Below are positions 17,985-32,521 of a DNA stretch of 64,000 nucleotides, piece by piece (position 1 is the first letter of the stretch; each line of letters begins with the position of its first letter). Position numbers and translations under genes: made by a program. The notes beneath the pieces are model-generated. The model was not told where the DNA came from, made no database searches, and worked only from the letters and a program-made list of their open reading frames with translations. This DNA comes from Eledone cirrhosa (lineage: Eukaryota): the NCBI GenBank assembly GCA_964016885.1, contig OZ024749.1, forward strand, positions 21,824,001 through 21,888,000, in the 5' to 3' direction.

Positions 17985-18590
17985 ACCCTGAGGACATCAG
18001 AACCATCTGCACATAACTACCTGTCATTTTCCCTGCTAAACTTTTGATCCTAATCAAAGATTTTTTTCTCATCAGATAAAACGAAAGTATAACATGATCT
18101 TCAGGGATTTAGGACCTTGTATTGTAAATCTTTTCCACGCATCAGCTGATTTCCCTGTGTGTTTTCAGTCAAAAACTGATATTTTCCTCATCATATGCAA
18201 ATTGTACTACATGTCCTCATACACCACTGACAACAAAAGATATGTTAGCACTGGCCCTTAATTGACTTTGCAGGGTTACTATCAATAATGTTTTGAACCT
18301 GTTGTATAAACTGCAGACCTGTCAACTTTCGCGTCCGACAGTGAGATCTCCCATCTACTTGGGGGAGATATCTTCTCTTGTGAAAATAGATATAGCTTTC
18401 AGTATGTAAAATCTCCCCATTTTGCCTCATTTCTCAAGAGAAAGTCAGTTTATGAATGTAAAGACAGGGAAATTAACTGATTCGTGAAAAAACATTTACT
18501 AAACAAGATTCAAAATCCCTGAAGATCATGTTATGTTTTGGCTTTTATCTGAGGAAAAAAAAATCTTTGACCGAGATCAAACGTTTTGGG
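17985..18590. pseudogene. Two oppositely oriented, highly degenerate Tc1/mariner-type transposase remnants
   Basis: Minus strand ~18400-17985 reads FIQQVQNIIDSNPAKSI...LSDEK..DQK...NDR*LC; plus strand ~18430-18590 reads ...MFWLLSEEKKIFDRDQ. Both resemble the 31 kb transposase. Confidence 0.6.
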
Positions 18591-19449
18591 TCCCCTCTTT
18601 TATGGTACTTCCCGTTTGGGATTTTACGGGTGGTCAGGTATGAAACAGGTGTATTTTTATAGCGTCGAAATTTTGAGAATACTTTATATGAGCATTAATA
18701 TAGGAAAATGTTTCAAACATTGCCATCTCTAAATCGCTTTTTTTTTTGCGCATAAAGTAACAAAATTAACATACTTTTTCATCTCTTGAATCAAATTTTA
18801 ATCTGCCATGCGTTGTCTGGAAAAATAAAAGCAAGTAAATTAGTTTGAAGGAAACAATAGATTAAAACTAAAGTGTCCTTAAATAACCTATGCTCCCTCT
18901 ATATTTCACTGTATGTGAGGATTATAACAAAATTGATGTCAGCTAAGTGTAAAACTGCAATATAACCATTTCTGATCAAATAAATATATTAGGAACACTC
19001 TTTGAAATACGATATTGGATGAAAACAAAAATATTAGTCTACAAGAAAGGAATGATGAATATTAATTTGGTAAATGTTTAAATTGGATTTAATGATTAAA
19101 AAAAGAAAGAACTGAGAAGATGAAAAAGGAATATAGAAGGAAAGCGATAAAGAAAGTCGTATTTTTACATGTGGGTTAAAACGTTGTCTAACAAATTAAT
19201 ATTTGTAATATTAGCAACGTAAACAAATATTACAGAGAACAAAGTACGCGGTAATTGTATGTGTGTATATCTTTATATATATATGTGTGTATGTGTGTGT
19301 GATTATATCTATATCTCTATATATATGAAAAGATTCAGAACCCGACGGCTGAGCTCCAGCCGTTACGAGATTTCATATTGCCCACTCTACAACCCCAAGT
19401 ATCAAGTACTCTGATGGATTGTGATCTACCTGGTTTTTACCACACCCTA

Positions 19450-19517
<68 letters not shown>

Positions 19518-19603
19518 ACACTGAGAGAGAGAGCGGGAGAAAGACAGAAAGAGAGAGAGGAAGCGAGAGAGAGAGGAAGGGAGAGTGAGAGAGAGGAAGG
19601 GAG

Positions 19604-19674
<71 letters not shown>

Positions 19675-19812
19675 GAGAGCGAGAGAGAAAGAAAAAGAGC
19701 GAGAAAGAGAAAAAAGAGCGAGAGAGAGAGACAGAAAAAGAGTGAGGGAGAGAGATAGAAAAAGAGTGAGAGAGAGAGAGAAAAAGAGTGAGAGAGAGAG
19801 ATATATAAAGAG

Positions 19813-19850
<38 letters not shown>

Positions 19851-20158
19851 AGCGAGAGAGAGAGGCAGAGAGAGGGTGTTTTCAAGCAATATTATCGTAA
19901 AGAAAAAATACGTTACAAAGGACTGTAACAGAATTATTATTGCAAAAACATCAAAGATAATCTTTCAGCAATCAGTATGGTAATAATAATGTATATTTTA
20001 AAGCTATGTCTAGAGTTTCATGCAATATAACTCACCGGCTTTACACGAGAGACACGATATTAGAAAGGAAAAGATAATGTATAATATAAAGAAAGGATAT
20101 TGCGTTGAGTTGAGTTTAGTTACATATTAAAACGATAACATCATTTATACAAGTAAAC

Positions 20159-20191
<33 letters not shown>

Positions 20192-20346
20192 TGTATGTAT
20201 GTATGTATGTATGTATGTATGTATTTATGTATGTATGTATGTATGTATGTATGTATGTATGTATGTATGTATGTATGTATGTATGTGTGTATGTGTGTGT
20301 GTGTATATATATATGTATATATACATATATATATATGTGTATATAC

Positions 20347-20386
<40 letters not shown>

Positions 20387-20657
20387 ATGATATTATTTAT
20401 AGTTATGTATATACTATAAACAACTATAAACAGGAAAGGTCAGTAATTTCTTACTACCTTATTACCAGTAAGAGAAATAGCTCAATGTAAGAACATCACA
20501 CTGTGCTTTTAATTTGAATTTCTGTACAATTCTCGTATAATATATGTCGCATCCATTACACCCTGTAAATACGAAACTGTTGCTCACATCATCAATATAT
20601 ATGTATCTATATAATTGTTCAGTTGAATAGGAGGTTAATTATATGTACAAACATTGA

Positions 20658-20711
20658 TAATGCTCCGATGACTCCAAACGAAAGTTTGGAAGAAACGATT
20701 GTCAGCTATTA
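20658..20711 (+). ncRNA. Type I hammerhead motif, family C (U4C core, GUC site)
   Basis: taatgct-CCGATGA-c-tccaaac-gaaa-gtttgga-a-GAAA-cgattg-TC-agctatta; a (GTA)n tract begins ~40 nt downstream. Confidence 0.7.
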
Positions 20712-20752
20712 CAGACAACTCGTCTCCAGTCTACACATTCGTCTGTTACTAC

Positions 20753-20812
<60 letters not shown>

Positions 20813-20819
20813 CAGTGGC

Positions 20820-20862
<43 letters not shown>

Positions 20863-20957
20863 ATAGTAGTGGTGGTGGTGGTAGTAGTTGCTAGTATTAA
20901 TTTCTATTGCTGTCGTCGTGGTAATAGTCTGCCCTCCTATCTTACACACACACACAA

Positions 20958-21139
<182 letters not shown>

Positions 21140-21164
21140 AAACCACAGACCCTCCATCTCAACT

Positions 21165-21206
21165 CTACTTTTGAAAAGCAGAAGAACTGCGAAACTGGTA
21201 AAGGAA
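21165..21206 (+). ncRNA. Minimal hammerhead-like motif, family F (U3-A8 covariant core)
   Basis: ctt-TTGAAAA-gcag-aagaa-ctgc-GAAA-ctgg-TA-aag; stem I only 3 bp. Confidence 0.5.
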
Positions 21207-21334
21207 ACAAATAAATATATATATATTTTTTTAAATAAGACTCTAGTTGCATTTCCGATTTCATCTTTTTTTCTTTATACTTTCACTCGTGTAGGACACC
21301 TCGGTTAATTTTCATTTTGTAAAAAAACCCTCAG

Positions 21335-21381
<47 letters not shown>

Positions 21382-21465
21382 GTATACTCCAGTCCTACAA
21401 ATTGTAGAGTGCTTCTTATCCGATATCTGCATTGCTTTATTGTACTACAATAAAAACTCACCTCC

Positions 21466-21526
<61 letters not shown>

Positions 21527-21789
21527 TTAAACATGTCTATAGAATCACCAGATAAAATATATACCATTTCCTCTCCCAACTACCATAATTAACCATATAA
21601 AAATAGACCAAGCTATAAGAATAAAGGATTCTATGAAGAAATCTCCGACAAATAACCGAAAGCAGCCCTTCGCGCCGGCTGCGACGGGGCATTTATCGAG
21701 TATTTCGACAGCGTGTACAAATCGCCCAGATATACAGTCAACAAGCAGAGTTAGGTGTTAAATAAACTAGGAGAAAAGTGAACATATTT

Positions 21790-21876
21790 AGTTACCTCTA
21801 CCATGGTTTCGTCCGCATTTTAAGATATCCGATAACATCGGGCATCCAGAGCACCGGACTCTTCAGGAAGTTAGCT
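21790..21876 (-). ncRNA. Type I hammerhead ribozyme, family G (canonical, extra hairpin in loop II)
   Basis: acttc-CTGAAGA-gtccg...cggac-GAAA-ccatgg-TA-gaggt. Confidence 0.85.
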
Positions 21877-22440
21877 CAAACTTAGACAATACATTTTCCA
21901 AAGTGATCGAGCCAAGAATACATTCAAATATGGCTAAGAATCGTGACGTAGCAGCGGTCAGGTTAGAAAGAATGTGATTGGTTGCTTACGGCTGGTGGCA
22001 TTTTGCTAGAAAGCGCAGCACAATACAGCCAAAATTGCATCTCAACCTAAGGGAGATTATTACATATAAAGGTTTACATACAAACCTTAATTTAACATTA
22101 TTTTAAAATTTTTCTCTTCGTTAATTTTCAAATTCTTTTAATTTATATATTATCTTCCAACGGTTTTTTTAACCTCTCTATGTAAAACAATATATTTTTC
22201 TCAGTTATAAAAGCTATCTCTCTCTCTCTATCACCCATCTCTCCTCCTATCTCATCCTTCCTCATTATACTCCTCCCCCTGCACTTTTTACTCTCATCTC
22301 CTCCTCTTTTTCATCCATTCGACGCCCCCCCCCCTCAATTTGTTTCCCAATATCACACATCAATCTAAAACTACTTTTCATATGTTTATTTAAAACTGCA
22401 CTATTCACAAGTGTTTTTTAACCTTCATATCATGTCTCCC

Positions 22441-22511
22441 TGTTTTATCTGACGAAAACGCAAATGTTATTGCATGATGATATTTGTTTTTGAAATGCGC
22501 ATAATAAAATA
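22441..22511 (+). ncRNA. Type I hammerhead ribozyme, family E
   Basis: tgttttat-CTGACGA...GAAA-tgcgca-TA-ataaaata. Confidence 0.85.
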
Positions 22512-22539
22512 CATGGAACTCTTTTAACCATCTTTTGAT

Positions 22540-22636
<97 letters not shown>

Positions 22637-22677
22637 CTATATATGTGTGTATATATATACATATATATGTATATATA

Positions 22678-22727
<50 letters not shown>

Positions 22728-22728
<1 letters not shown>

Positions 22729-23033
22729 CTTCTTTTTGGTAAATATCATCTTGGTTAAGAGAGTGGGACTGGCTTTGTGCAGTGCCTTTGCTCACTATAA
22801 AAGCTTCACGGCACAGGCATTGCTTTATATCTGGAGATCTCTCTGCCCTTGTCGTCAGATGGAGCCATAGGCCCAGCACTATGTGTCAAAAATTGTCACA
22901 AGTGTAGTGTTTGTACCAGAGTTTTCAAGTTGCTGGCTGGACTAAAAAGTCACACTCGTTCAGCACATCGGTAGGGGTTCTGCTACATGGATATAAAGTA
23001 GTGGCCGTACTCGAAAACGAGTTGGCAGCCACC
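22728..23033 (+). mobile_element. Non-autonomous repeat, probably derived from an RTE 5' UTR
   Basis: Close copy at ~58376-58681 with the same 3' end (gagttggcagccacc); weaker similarity to 60060-60290. Confidence 0.6.
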
Positions 23034-23066
23034 ATATATATATATATATGTGTGTATATATATATA

Positions 23067-23154
<88 letters not shown>

Positions 23155-23155
<1 letters not shown>

Positions 23156-24104
23156 TGTAGATAAATCTACCTAGAGTTTACGGTAGTGTCCAATCCGTAT
23201 GAAGAACTCAATGTAATCCGGATATCATGGAAAGAAGAGATGCAATGAAAAATCACTTTCGGTGAAAGATAAACGGAATACAGAGTCAAGATAAAATATT
23301 AAAAAAATAATGAATAAAACAATGAAACAGTTCCTTATATTAAACAAAAGAAGTTCATTATTTAACGATCGTTTCTAGGATATATATGTGTTAGAATTGG
23401 CATGCATATTCAACAGATCTATGTACAAAATTATAAAAAATTATACAAACTATCAAAATTAAATATACATACCAACACATATATATGCCGTCTTCAGAAA
23501 TAATGAAATATATTTATTGATAATAACAACAATTCAAAATTACAGGTCTGTTTGGGAACAGAGTTCAAATTGACCAATGAAAATACAAAAAGTTTATACA
23601 GTTAGGTGTGTGTATATATGTAAGTAACTTCGTCCACAGATATGCATAAAGATATATGTTCACATGCATACGCATGCCAAAAAGATGTATGTAAATACAA
23701 AAATTCAAGGCTAATGTCTCTGTATGTTTATAATCTACAGAAAAAATACGTATACACATATAAATATAAAAATAAATATATACACACATTCATATACTCA
23801 CACATATACGTACATTCACACACACACACGCGTATACGCATAAACATACACACAACCACGAACATATATATACACACACACCCCCACACACATATATATG
23901 TGTATATACTATTATCATAAGCATATGGACATTAATGCGCGCACATAAACACTGCCACACATATTTAGATCCAGATACAGAAAGTAGGTGGGGGGGGGGG
24001 GAGAAGAGGTCAGTATTCAACGGTGTCAGCAGACTGCCTATTTATAAATGTATCTATAAATTTAGAAATAAAAAGAAAAGAAAAAGAAAAAAGAAATATA
24101 TCAA

Positions 24105-24156
<52 letters not shown>

Positions 24157-24192
24157 ACAAGTGAAATATAAAATATACATCGATATACATAC

Positions 24193-24269
<77 letters not shown>

Positions 24270-24469
24270 TATACATACATATACATACACATATACATAA
24301 ACACATACATACACATACATATACATACACACACCATATAAATACACATACACATACACGCACGCATACATATAGAGACACATACATATACACATATAAA
24401 TACATAGACATATACACATATACACATACATACCCACATATAAATATATATATATATATATATACATAT

Positions 24470-24546
<77 letters not shown>

Positions 24547-24623
24547 TATATACACACACATACATACACACACATACACATACACATATATAAAGATATA
24601 TATACACATACACACACATATAG

Positions 24624-24677
<54 letters not shown>

Positions 24678-25403
24678 TATATATATACACACATACATAC
24701 ACACACATACATACTCATACATAGACATACATATATGCTCACACACACATACACACATACATACACATCCATGTATGCGTATATACATACAAACACCACC
24801 ACACGCTCACACAACTCAGACATACATAAATAAAGGGATATACATACACATATATACATATATAAATAGAGATACATATACACATATAAATATATACACA
24901 CGTACACACACAAACACACATACATACATACACATACATACACACATACATATATATACACACACATACATATATACACATATATACATACATATATATA
25001 TATATATATATACACACACATATATATATATATACATATATATCAAAAAATAAAGAAATAAAATAAATAAATAAATAAATAAATTAATACACACAGTCAG
25101 ACAAATATGCACACACATACATATACACATATATATACATACACATATATATATACATATATATATATATATACATATACATACATATATATATACACAT
25201 ACACACATCAACTACAAATATATATATATATATATATATACACACACTCACATATACATGCGCACATACGTACATATATGCACATACGCACATATACACA
25301 TAGATATATACATGTGCATATATATACATACACACATATATACCCACATAAATACATAGATACATATATATATACACATATATATACATATATATATATA
25401 CAC

Positions 25404-25434
<31 letters not shown>

Positions 25435-28122
25435 ATCATACACCCTTATTTACATGCGCACATATGTATTTTTATACTCACATACAAACACCCAAACATA
25501 CATACCTACCTACATATACATACACACATCCACGCTTACAAATACAAATAATAATAGTAGGGGGGAAAGAGGGGGGAGAGGGGATTATAGTAAATATAGG
25601 TTTCAAGAAACATAGAATATTAATCTGCATTTAGATCATAATATGTGTTTACATAGTAGTTTCAGTATTAGGAAATGTAAGAAAGAAGGCAACATTATGC
25701 ATTTCAATATAAGTATACCATTAATTATATTAAAGATAGTTAATATATTGATTTCTAATGTGTATACTATTTAGGTTTATAATATTTGAAGCGGAATTTT
25801 GAAGTTAAATAGTAGTAGAGTATTAATTATAGTATAACTAAATTAAATTATTAACGTTATGGTATCAATATTAGGAAATGAATTTAGTAATAGGGAAAAA
25901 AACAAATAAAGTATTACATCGGTAGTAGAATATAAATTATAGGTTAACTAAATTAAAAATTATATTAATTTCTATAGTAAATGTTAATTAGGTTTATAAT
26001 AATTAAAACAGATATTGTATTTTATCTATAGTAGAATATAATTATAGGTAAACAGAAATTAAAATTAATACATACACATATACATATACATATATATATA
26101 CATATATGTCCCTCCAAATCTGATATTGGAATAATTAGCAAAAAAATTTTGGATAGAGTCATCCCACAAATAAGAAAACACGTTATTTTACCACTCTGGG
26201 AAAACACTTCCCAGGTAATTAACTGGTTTAAAAATATTAGATGTAAATCTTCTGCTTCATTTCTACAATTTGATATAGATAATTACTATTCTTCTATATC
26301 ACCTATACTCCTGAACAAAGCATTGATATTTGCTAAAAATAGATCTAACTTAACTTTGGATGACATTAATATTATTACACATGCTAGACTAACACTTATT
26401 GAATTTCAGAATGAATACTGGACCAGAAACACATATAGTAATCTATTTGATATTACTATGGGTTCAAGCGATTCCGCCCAAATTACTGATCTTGTGGGCC
26501 TCTTTCTCCTTTTCAACATAAATGCCTCCTTTCCCCACCTTAAAGGTGGTTAATATCGTGATGACTGTCTTCTTCTTTCCAACAACCTTAGCCTTTCAGA
26601 AATAGAAAAAAACAAAAAGCATATTAGAACTTTCCTTAAAGACTATTATAGTCTTCATATTACTTTTGAAAAAACAAGTAAAGTAGTAAATTTCCTAGAT
26701 ATAACTTTAGACTTAGCTACGGGTATCTACCAACCTTACCATAAACCCAACCAAAACTTACACTACATACACTCACAATCTAATCACCCTAAATCTATCC
26801 TTAAAAACCTTGCATATAATATATCACTTAGAATTTCTAACCTTTCTTCTAACCAAGATGTATTTGATAAAAATGCGACCTTCTATAACGAAGCTCTAGA
26901 TAGAAGTGGCCACAAAAATAGATTAGAATATATACCTTCTACTAATAATACTATAAACATACAACCTAATATTACCAACAAACACCAAATGAAAAGTACA
27001 CACCTAAATGCCACCCACACTATACCCCAAAATACCAACAACTCTTCTAATATAAAGTATAGTAACTCTCAAAAAACTACTCATCATACAACTCTAATAA
27101 ATGTTAATAATAAAACTCCTAATAAACAAGATAAAACACCTAAATCTACAAATCTAACTAAAAATGTGCGTGGTGAGATCATTAACATTAATCCTCCTAG
27201 TAAACATCACGATACAACCTATAAAAATAATAAACAACATAGAAACCGTAATAGACGGGTTACTTGGTATAATGCTCCATTTAATTTACAAATTAAGGAT
27301 AATATTGCTAAAAAATTTTTTTATATCCTAGAGAAAAACTTCCCGCCAAACCACAAATACCATCAAATCTTAAATAGGTCTACAGTTAAATTCTCATACT
27401 CAACAACAAAAATTTTTTTGCTAATTATTCCAATATCAGATTTGGCGGGACATATATGTATATATATATGTATATGTATATGTGTATGTATTAATTTTAA
27501 TTTCTGTTTACCTATAATTATATTCTACTATAGATAAAATACAATATCTGTTTTAATTATTATAAACCTAATTAACATATACTATAGAAATTAATATAAT
27601 TTTTAATTTAGTTAACCTATAATTTATATTCTACTACCGATGTAATACTTTATTTGTTTTTTTCCCTATTACTAAATTCATTTCCTAATATTGATACCAT
27701 AACGTTAATAATTTTAGTTTAGTTATACTATAATTAATACTCTACTACTATTTAACTTCAAAATTCCGCTTCAAATATTATAAACCTAAATAGTATACAC
27801 CTTAGAAATCAATATATTAACTATCTTTAATATAATTAATGGTATACTTATATTGAAATGCATAATGTTGCCTTCTTTCTTACATTTCCTAATACTGAAA
27901 CTACTATGTAAACACATATTATGATCTAAATGCAGATTAATATTCTATGTTTCTTGAAACCTATATTTACTATAATCCCCCCCCCCCCTTTCCCCACTAC
28001 TATTATTATTTGTATTTGTAAGCGTGGATGTATGTATGTATATGTAGGTAGGTATGTATGTTTGGGTGTTTGTATGTGAGTATAAAAATACATATGTGCG
28101 CATGTAAATAAGGGTGTATGAT

Positions 28123-28171
<49 letters not shown>

Positions 28172-28323
28172 ATATATATATATGTATATATATGTGTATA
28201 TATATATGTATCTATGTATTTATGTGGGTATATATGTGTGTATGTATATATATGCACATGTATATATCTATGTGTATATGTGTGTATGTGTATATATGTA
28301 CGTATGTGCGCATGTATATGTGA

Positions 28324-28377
<54 letters not shown>

Positions 28378-28568
28378 AGTTGATGTGTGTATGTGTATAT
28401 ATATATGTATGTATATGTATATATATATATATATGTATATATATATGTGTATGTATATATATGTGTATATGTATGTGTGTGCATATTAGTCTGACTGTGT
28501 GTATTAATTTATTTATTTATTTATTTATTTTATTTCTTTATTTTTTTATATATATGTATATATATATA

Positions 28569-28611
<43 letters not shown>

Positions 28612-28951
28612 ATATGTGTATATATGTATGTGTGTGTATATATATGTATGTGTGTATGTATGTGTATGTATGTATGTGTGTTTGTGTGTGTACGTGTGTA
28701 TATATTTATATGTGTATATGTATCTCTATTTATATATGTATATATGTGTATGTATATTCCTTTATTTATGTATGTCTGAGTTGTGTGAGCGTGTGGTGGT
28801 GTTTGTATGTATATACGCATACATGGATGTGTATGTATGTGTATATATGCGTATATGTATGTGTGTATGTGTGTGTGAGTATATATGTATGTCTATGTAT
28901 GAGTATGTATGTGTGTGTATGTATGTGTGTATATATATATGTGTGTATATA

Positions 28952-29028
<77 letters not shown>

Positions 29029-29104
29029 TATATGTGTGTGTATGTGTATATATATCTTTATATATGTGTATGTGTATGTGTGTGTATGTATGTGTGTGTA
29101 TATA

Positions 29105-29173
<69 letters not shown>

Positions 29174-29261
29174 ATATGTATATATATATATATATATATT
29201 TATATGTCGGTATGTATGTGTATGTGTGTATATACATGAGTGTGTTTATATATGTGTGTAG

Positions 29262-29321
<60 letters not shown>

Positions 29322-29553
29322 TGTGAATGTATATATATATATATGTATGCGTGTATGTGTATGTATATATATGTGTGTATATGTGTATATGTCTATGTAT
29401 TTATATGTGTATATGTATGTGTCTCTATATGTATGCGTGCGTGTATGTGTATGTGTATTTATATGGTGTGTGTATGTATATGTATGTGTATGTATGTGTT
29501 TATGTATATGTGTATGTATATGTATGTATATATATGTATATATATATATATAT

Positions 29554-29599
<46 letters not shown>

Positions 29600-29633
29600 G
29601 TATGTATATCGATGTATATTTTATATTTCACTT

Positions 29634-29676
<43 letters not shown>

Positions 29677-30482
29677 CTTGATATATTTCTTTTTTTTTTT
29701 CTTTTCTTTTTATTTCTAAATTTATAGATACATTTATAAATAGGCAGTCTGCTGACACCGGTGAATACTGACCTCTTCTCCCCCCCCCCCCCCCACCTAC
29801 TTTCTGTATCTGGATCTAAATATGTGTGGCAGTGTTTATGTGCGCGCATTAATGTCCATATGCTTATGATAATAGTATATACACATATATATGTGTGTGG
29901 GGGTGTGTGTGTATATATGTTCGTGGTTGTGTGTATGTTTATGCGTATACGCGCGTGTGTGTGTGAATGTACGTATATGTGTGAGCATATGAATGTGTGT
30001 ATATATTTATTTTTATATTTATATGTGTATACGTATTTTTTCTGTAGATTATAAACATACAGAGACATTAGCCTTGAATTTTTGTATTTACATACATCTT
30101 TTTGGCATGCGTATGCATGTGAACATATATCTTTATGCATATCTGTGGACGAAGTTACTTACATATATACACACACCTAACTGTATAAACTTTTTGTATT
30201 TTCATTGGTCAATTTGAACTCTGTTCCCAAACAGACCTGTAATTTTGAATTGTTGTTATTATCAATAAATATATTTCATTATTTCTGAAGACGGCATATA
30301 TATGTGTTGGTATGTATATTTAATTTTGATAGTTTGTATAATTTTGTATAATTTTGTACATAGATCTGTTGAATATGCATGCCAATTCTAACACATATAT
30401 ATCCTAGAAACGATCGTTAAATAATGAACTTTTTTTGTTTAATATAAGGAACTGTTTCATTGTTTTATTCATTATTTTTTTA

Positions 30483-30490
<8 letters not shown>
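23155..30490 (+). mobile_element. Penelope-like element (YRDD lineage): RT fragment 26102-27407 between ~2.9-kb inverted pLTR arms
   Basis: ICPSKSDIGIISKKILD, QFDIDNYYSSI, ITMGS, G*YRDD, NFLD, WYNAPF, KFSYSTT; no GIY-YIG. 23291-26150 is the reverse complement of ~27408-30490. Confidence 0.9.
30275..30428 (+). ncRNA. Type I hammerhead with ~115-nt extended stem II, family H
   Basis: ttcattattt-CTGAAGA-(atatatatgtgtt...aacacatatatat)-GAAA-cgatcg-TT-aaataatgaa. Copies at 23354-23507(-), 35899-36046(-) and 36045-36192(+). Confidence 0.75.
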
Positions 30491-30557
<67 letters not shown>

Positions 30558-30575
30558 GTATATATATATAGATAT

Positions 30576-30613
<38 letters not shown>

Positions 30614-30904
30614 TTATATATATATGTATATATATATGTGGATATAAATGTATATATGTATATATATGTATATATGTATATATATATGTATATATATGTA
30701 TATATATATGTATATATATGTATATATATATATGTATATATATGTATATATGTATATATATGTATATATATGTATATATGTATATATGTATATATATATA
30801 TATATATATGTATATGTGTATATGTATATATATATGTGTGTATATATGTATATATATATGTATATAGATATATATATATATATATAAATATATGTATATA
30901 TATA

Positions 30905-32189
30905 CAGGGTGTTCGGGATAAATTTGACAGTTTCATCAGGAAAAAGAAAAAGTGCTTGGTATCTACAAAATTTATTTGATTTAAAAGAAATTCAATGGAC
31001 AAGGAAATTACACTATTGTCAAAGAGTTTTACTCAAAATAACCGCCATTAGCGTCTATTACAGCCTCAATCCGGGCCCGGAACCTGGAGCAAGCTGATTT
31101 TACACTTTCCCTGGGAAGACCCTCAAAAACTACTTTAATTCTGTCGATTAACTGGGCTTTTGTAGTACTGGCACGGCGATTGGTGTCTTTCTCTACAGCG
31201 CCCCATACATAATAGTCCATCGGGTTAAGATCAGGGGAGTTCGGAGGCCAAACATTGGGACTGGTGTAGTCGTAAAAATTGGCTGACAACCATTTTTGAC
31301 TTTTCCCCGAGGTGTGGCAGGGGGCCGAATCCTGCTGCCATACATACGGCCTATTATTGGCTATCCAGGGCTTAACTACAGTGGTTAGCAATTCCACGTA
31401 GGCATCTGAATTCAACGTGAGACCCTGTTTGAAAAAATGCGGAGGCATCACATCACCCTCGGAGGACACACATCCCAAAACCATGACAGTTTGGGGAAAT
31501 TTAGTCTGCATGACTCGAGGAGTGTCCTTTAGACTGTATGCAAGTCATCTGTTATTCTGCATGTTGTGTTTTTGTGTTTTCTCATCGGAAAAGAACCAGA
31601 TTGTTTGTGCTTCAGCAGGATGATTCACTTTGCTCAGAAGTTTCTTCGCCTTTGTCAGACGATTTTCGCGGGCCTTTTCTGTGAGAAGTTGACCTCTGTG
31701 ACGCTTGTATGAGTAGTAGCGAAGGTCTTCATTGAGTGCAATTTTCATAGTAGAGGCTGAAACATTCAATTCACGCAACAAAGACCGAATTCCGATGCCA
31801 GGGTCCTACAACACTTTTTTCTGCAGATTTTCGATGAATTCTGCTGTGCGAGAGCAATCAGATCTTCTGTTATGTTTCTTTCTTCTAGCCACAGCCTCGT
31901 AGTCTCCATTGCAATTCTCCAGTTCATGCCGGATTGTTTTTATAGTGTTCAGGGAGAATTGAGCAGCGACCATAATCTCCTTATTTTGATGGCCGGCGCG
32001 AATCATCATGATACAAGTTATTCTCTTCCATGATTCAGGTGGCTCCCAGTCATCCATTCTCGTTGTCATCACATATATGAATGAAGGAGGGTTTAAACTT
32101 TCAAATAAAGCCTAGTGGGCATGAATGAATTTAAAACATCTGAAAAAACAACCAAATATTATTCTGTCAAATTTATCCCGAACACCCTG
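30905..32189 (-). mobile_element. Tc1/mariner-superfamily DD37D (maT) transposon, full length, inactivated
   Basis: Perfect 26-bp TIRs CAGGGTGTTCGGGATAAATTTGACAG with TA flanks. Transposase 32072-31029 is in one frame with two nonsense codons (31806, 31545). FSDEK, QQDSAPCH and SPDLNPMD, with 37 residues between the last two D. Confidence 0.95.
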
Positions 32190-32335
32190 TATATATATGT
32201 ATATATGTATATATATATGTATATATATATGTATATATATGTATATATGTATATATATGTATATATGTATATATATATGTATATATATGTATATATGTAT
32301 ATATATGTATATATGTATATATATGTATATATATA

Positions 32336-32368
<33 letters not shown>

Positions 32369-32521
32369 ATATATATATATGATGTGTGTATATATGTATA
32401 TATATATCTGTGTGAATATATGTATATATATATCTGTGTATATATGTATATATATATTTGTGTGTATATATGTATATATATATATGTATATATACATATA
32501 TATGTATATATATATATATAT

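Noticed and set aside
18040-18080. Minus-strand TCTGATGAG as a hammerhead core
   Set aside because: It encodes the SDE motif of the mariner-type remnant.
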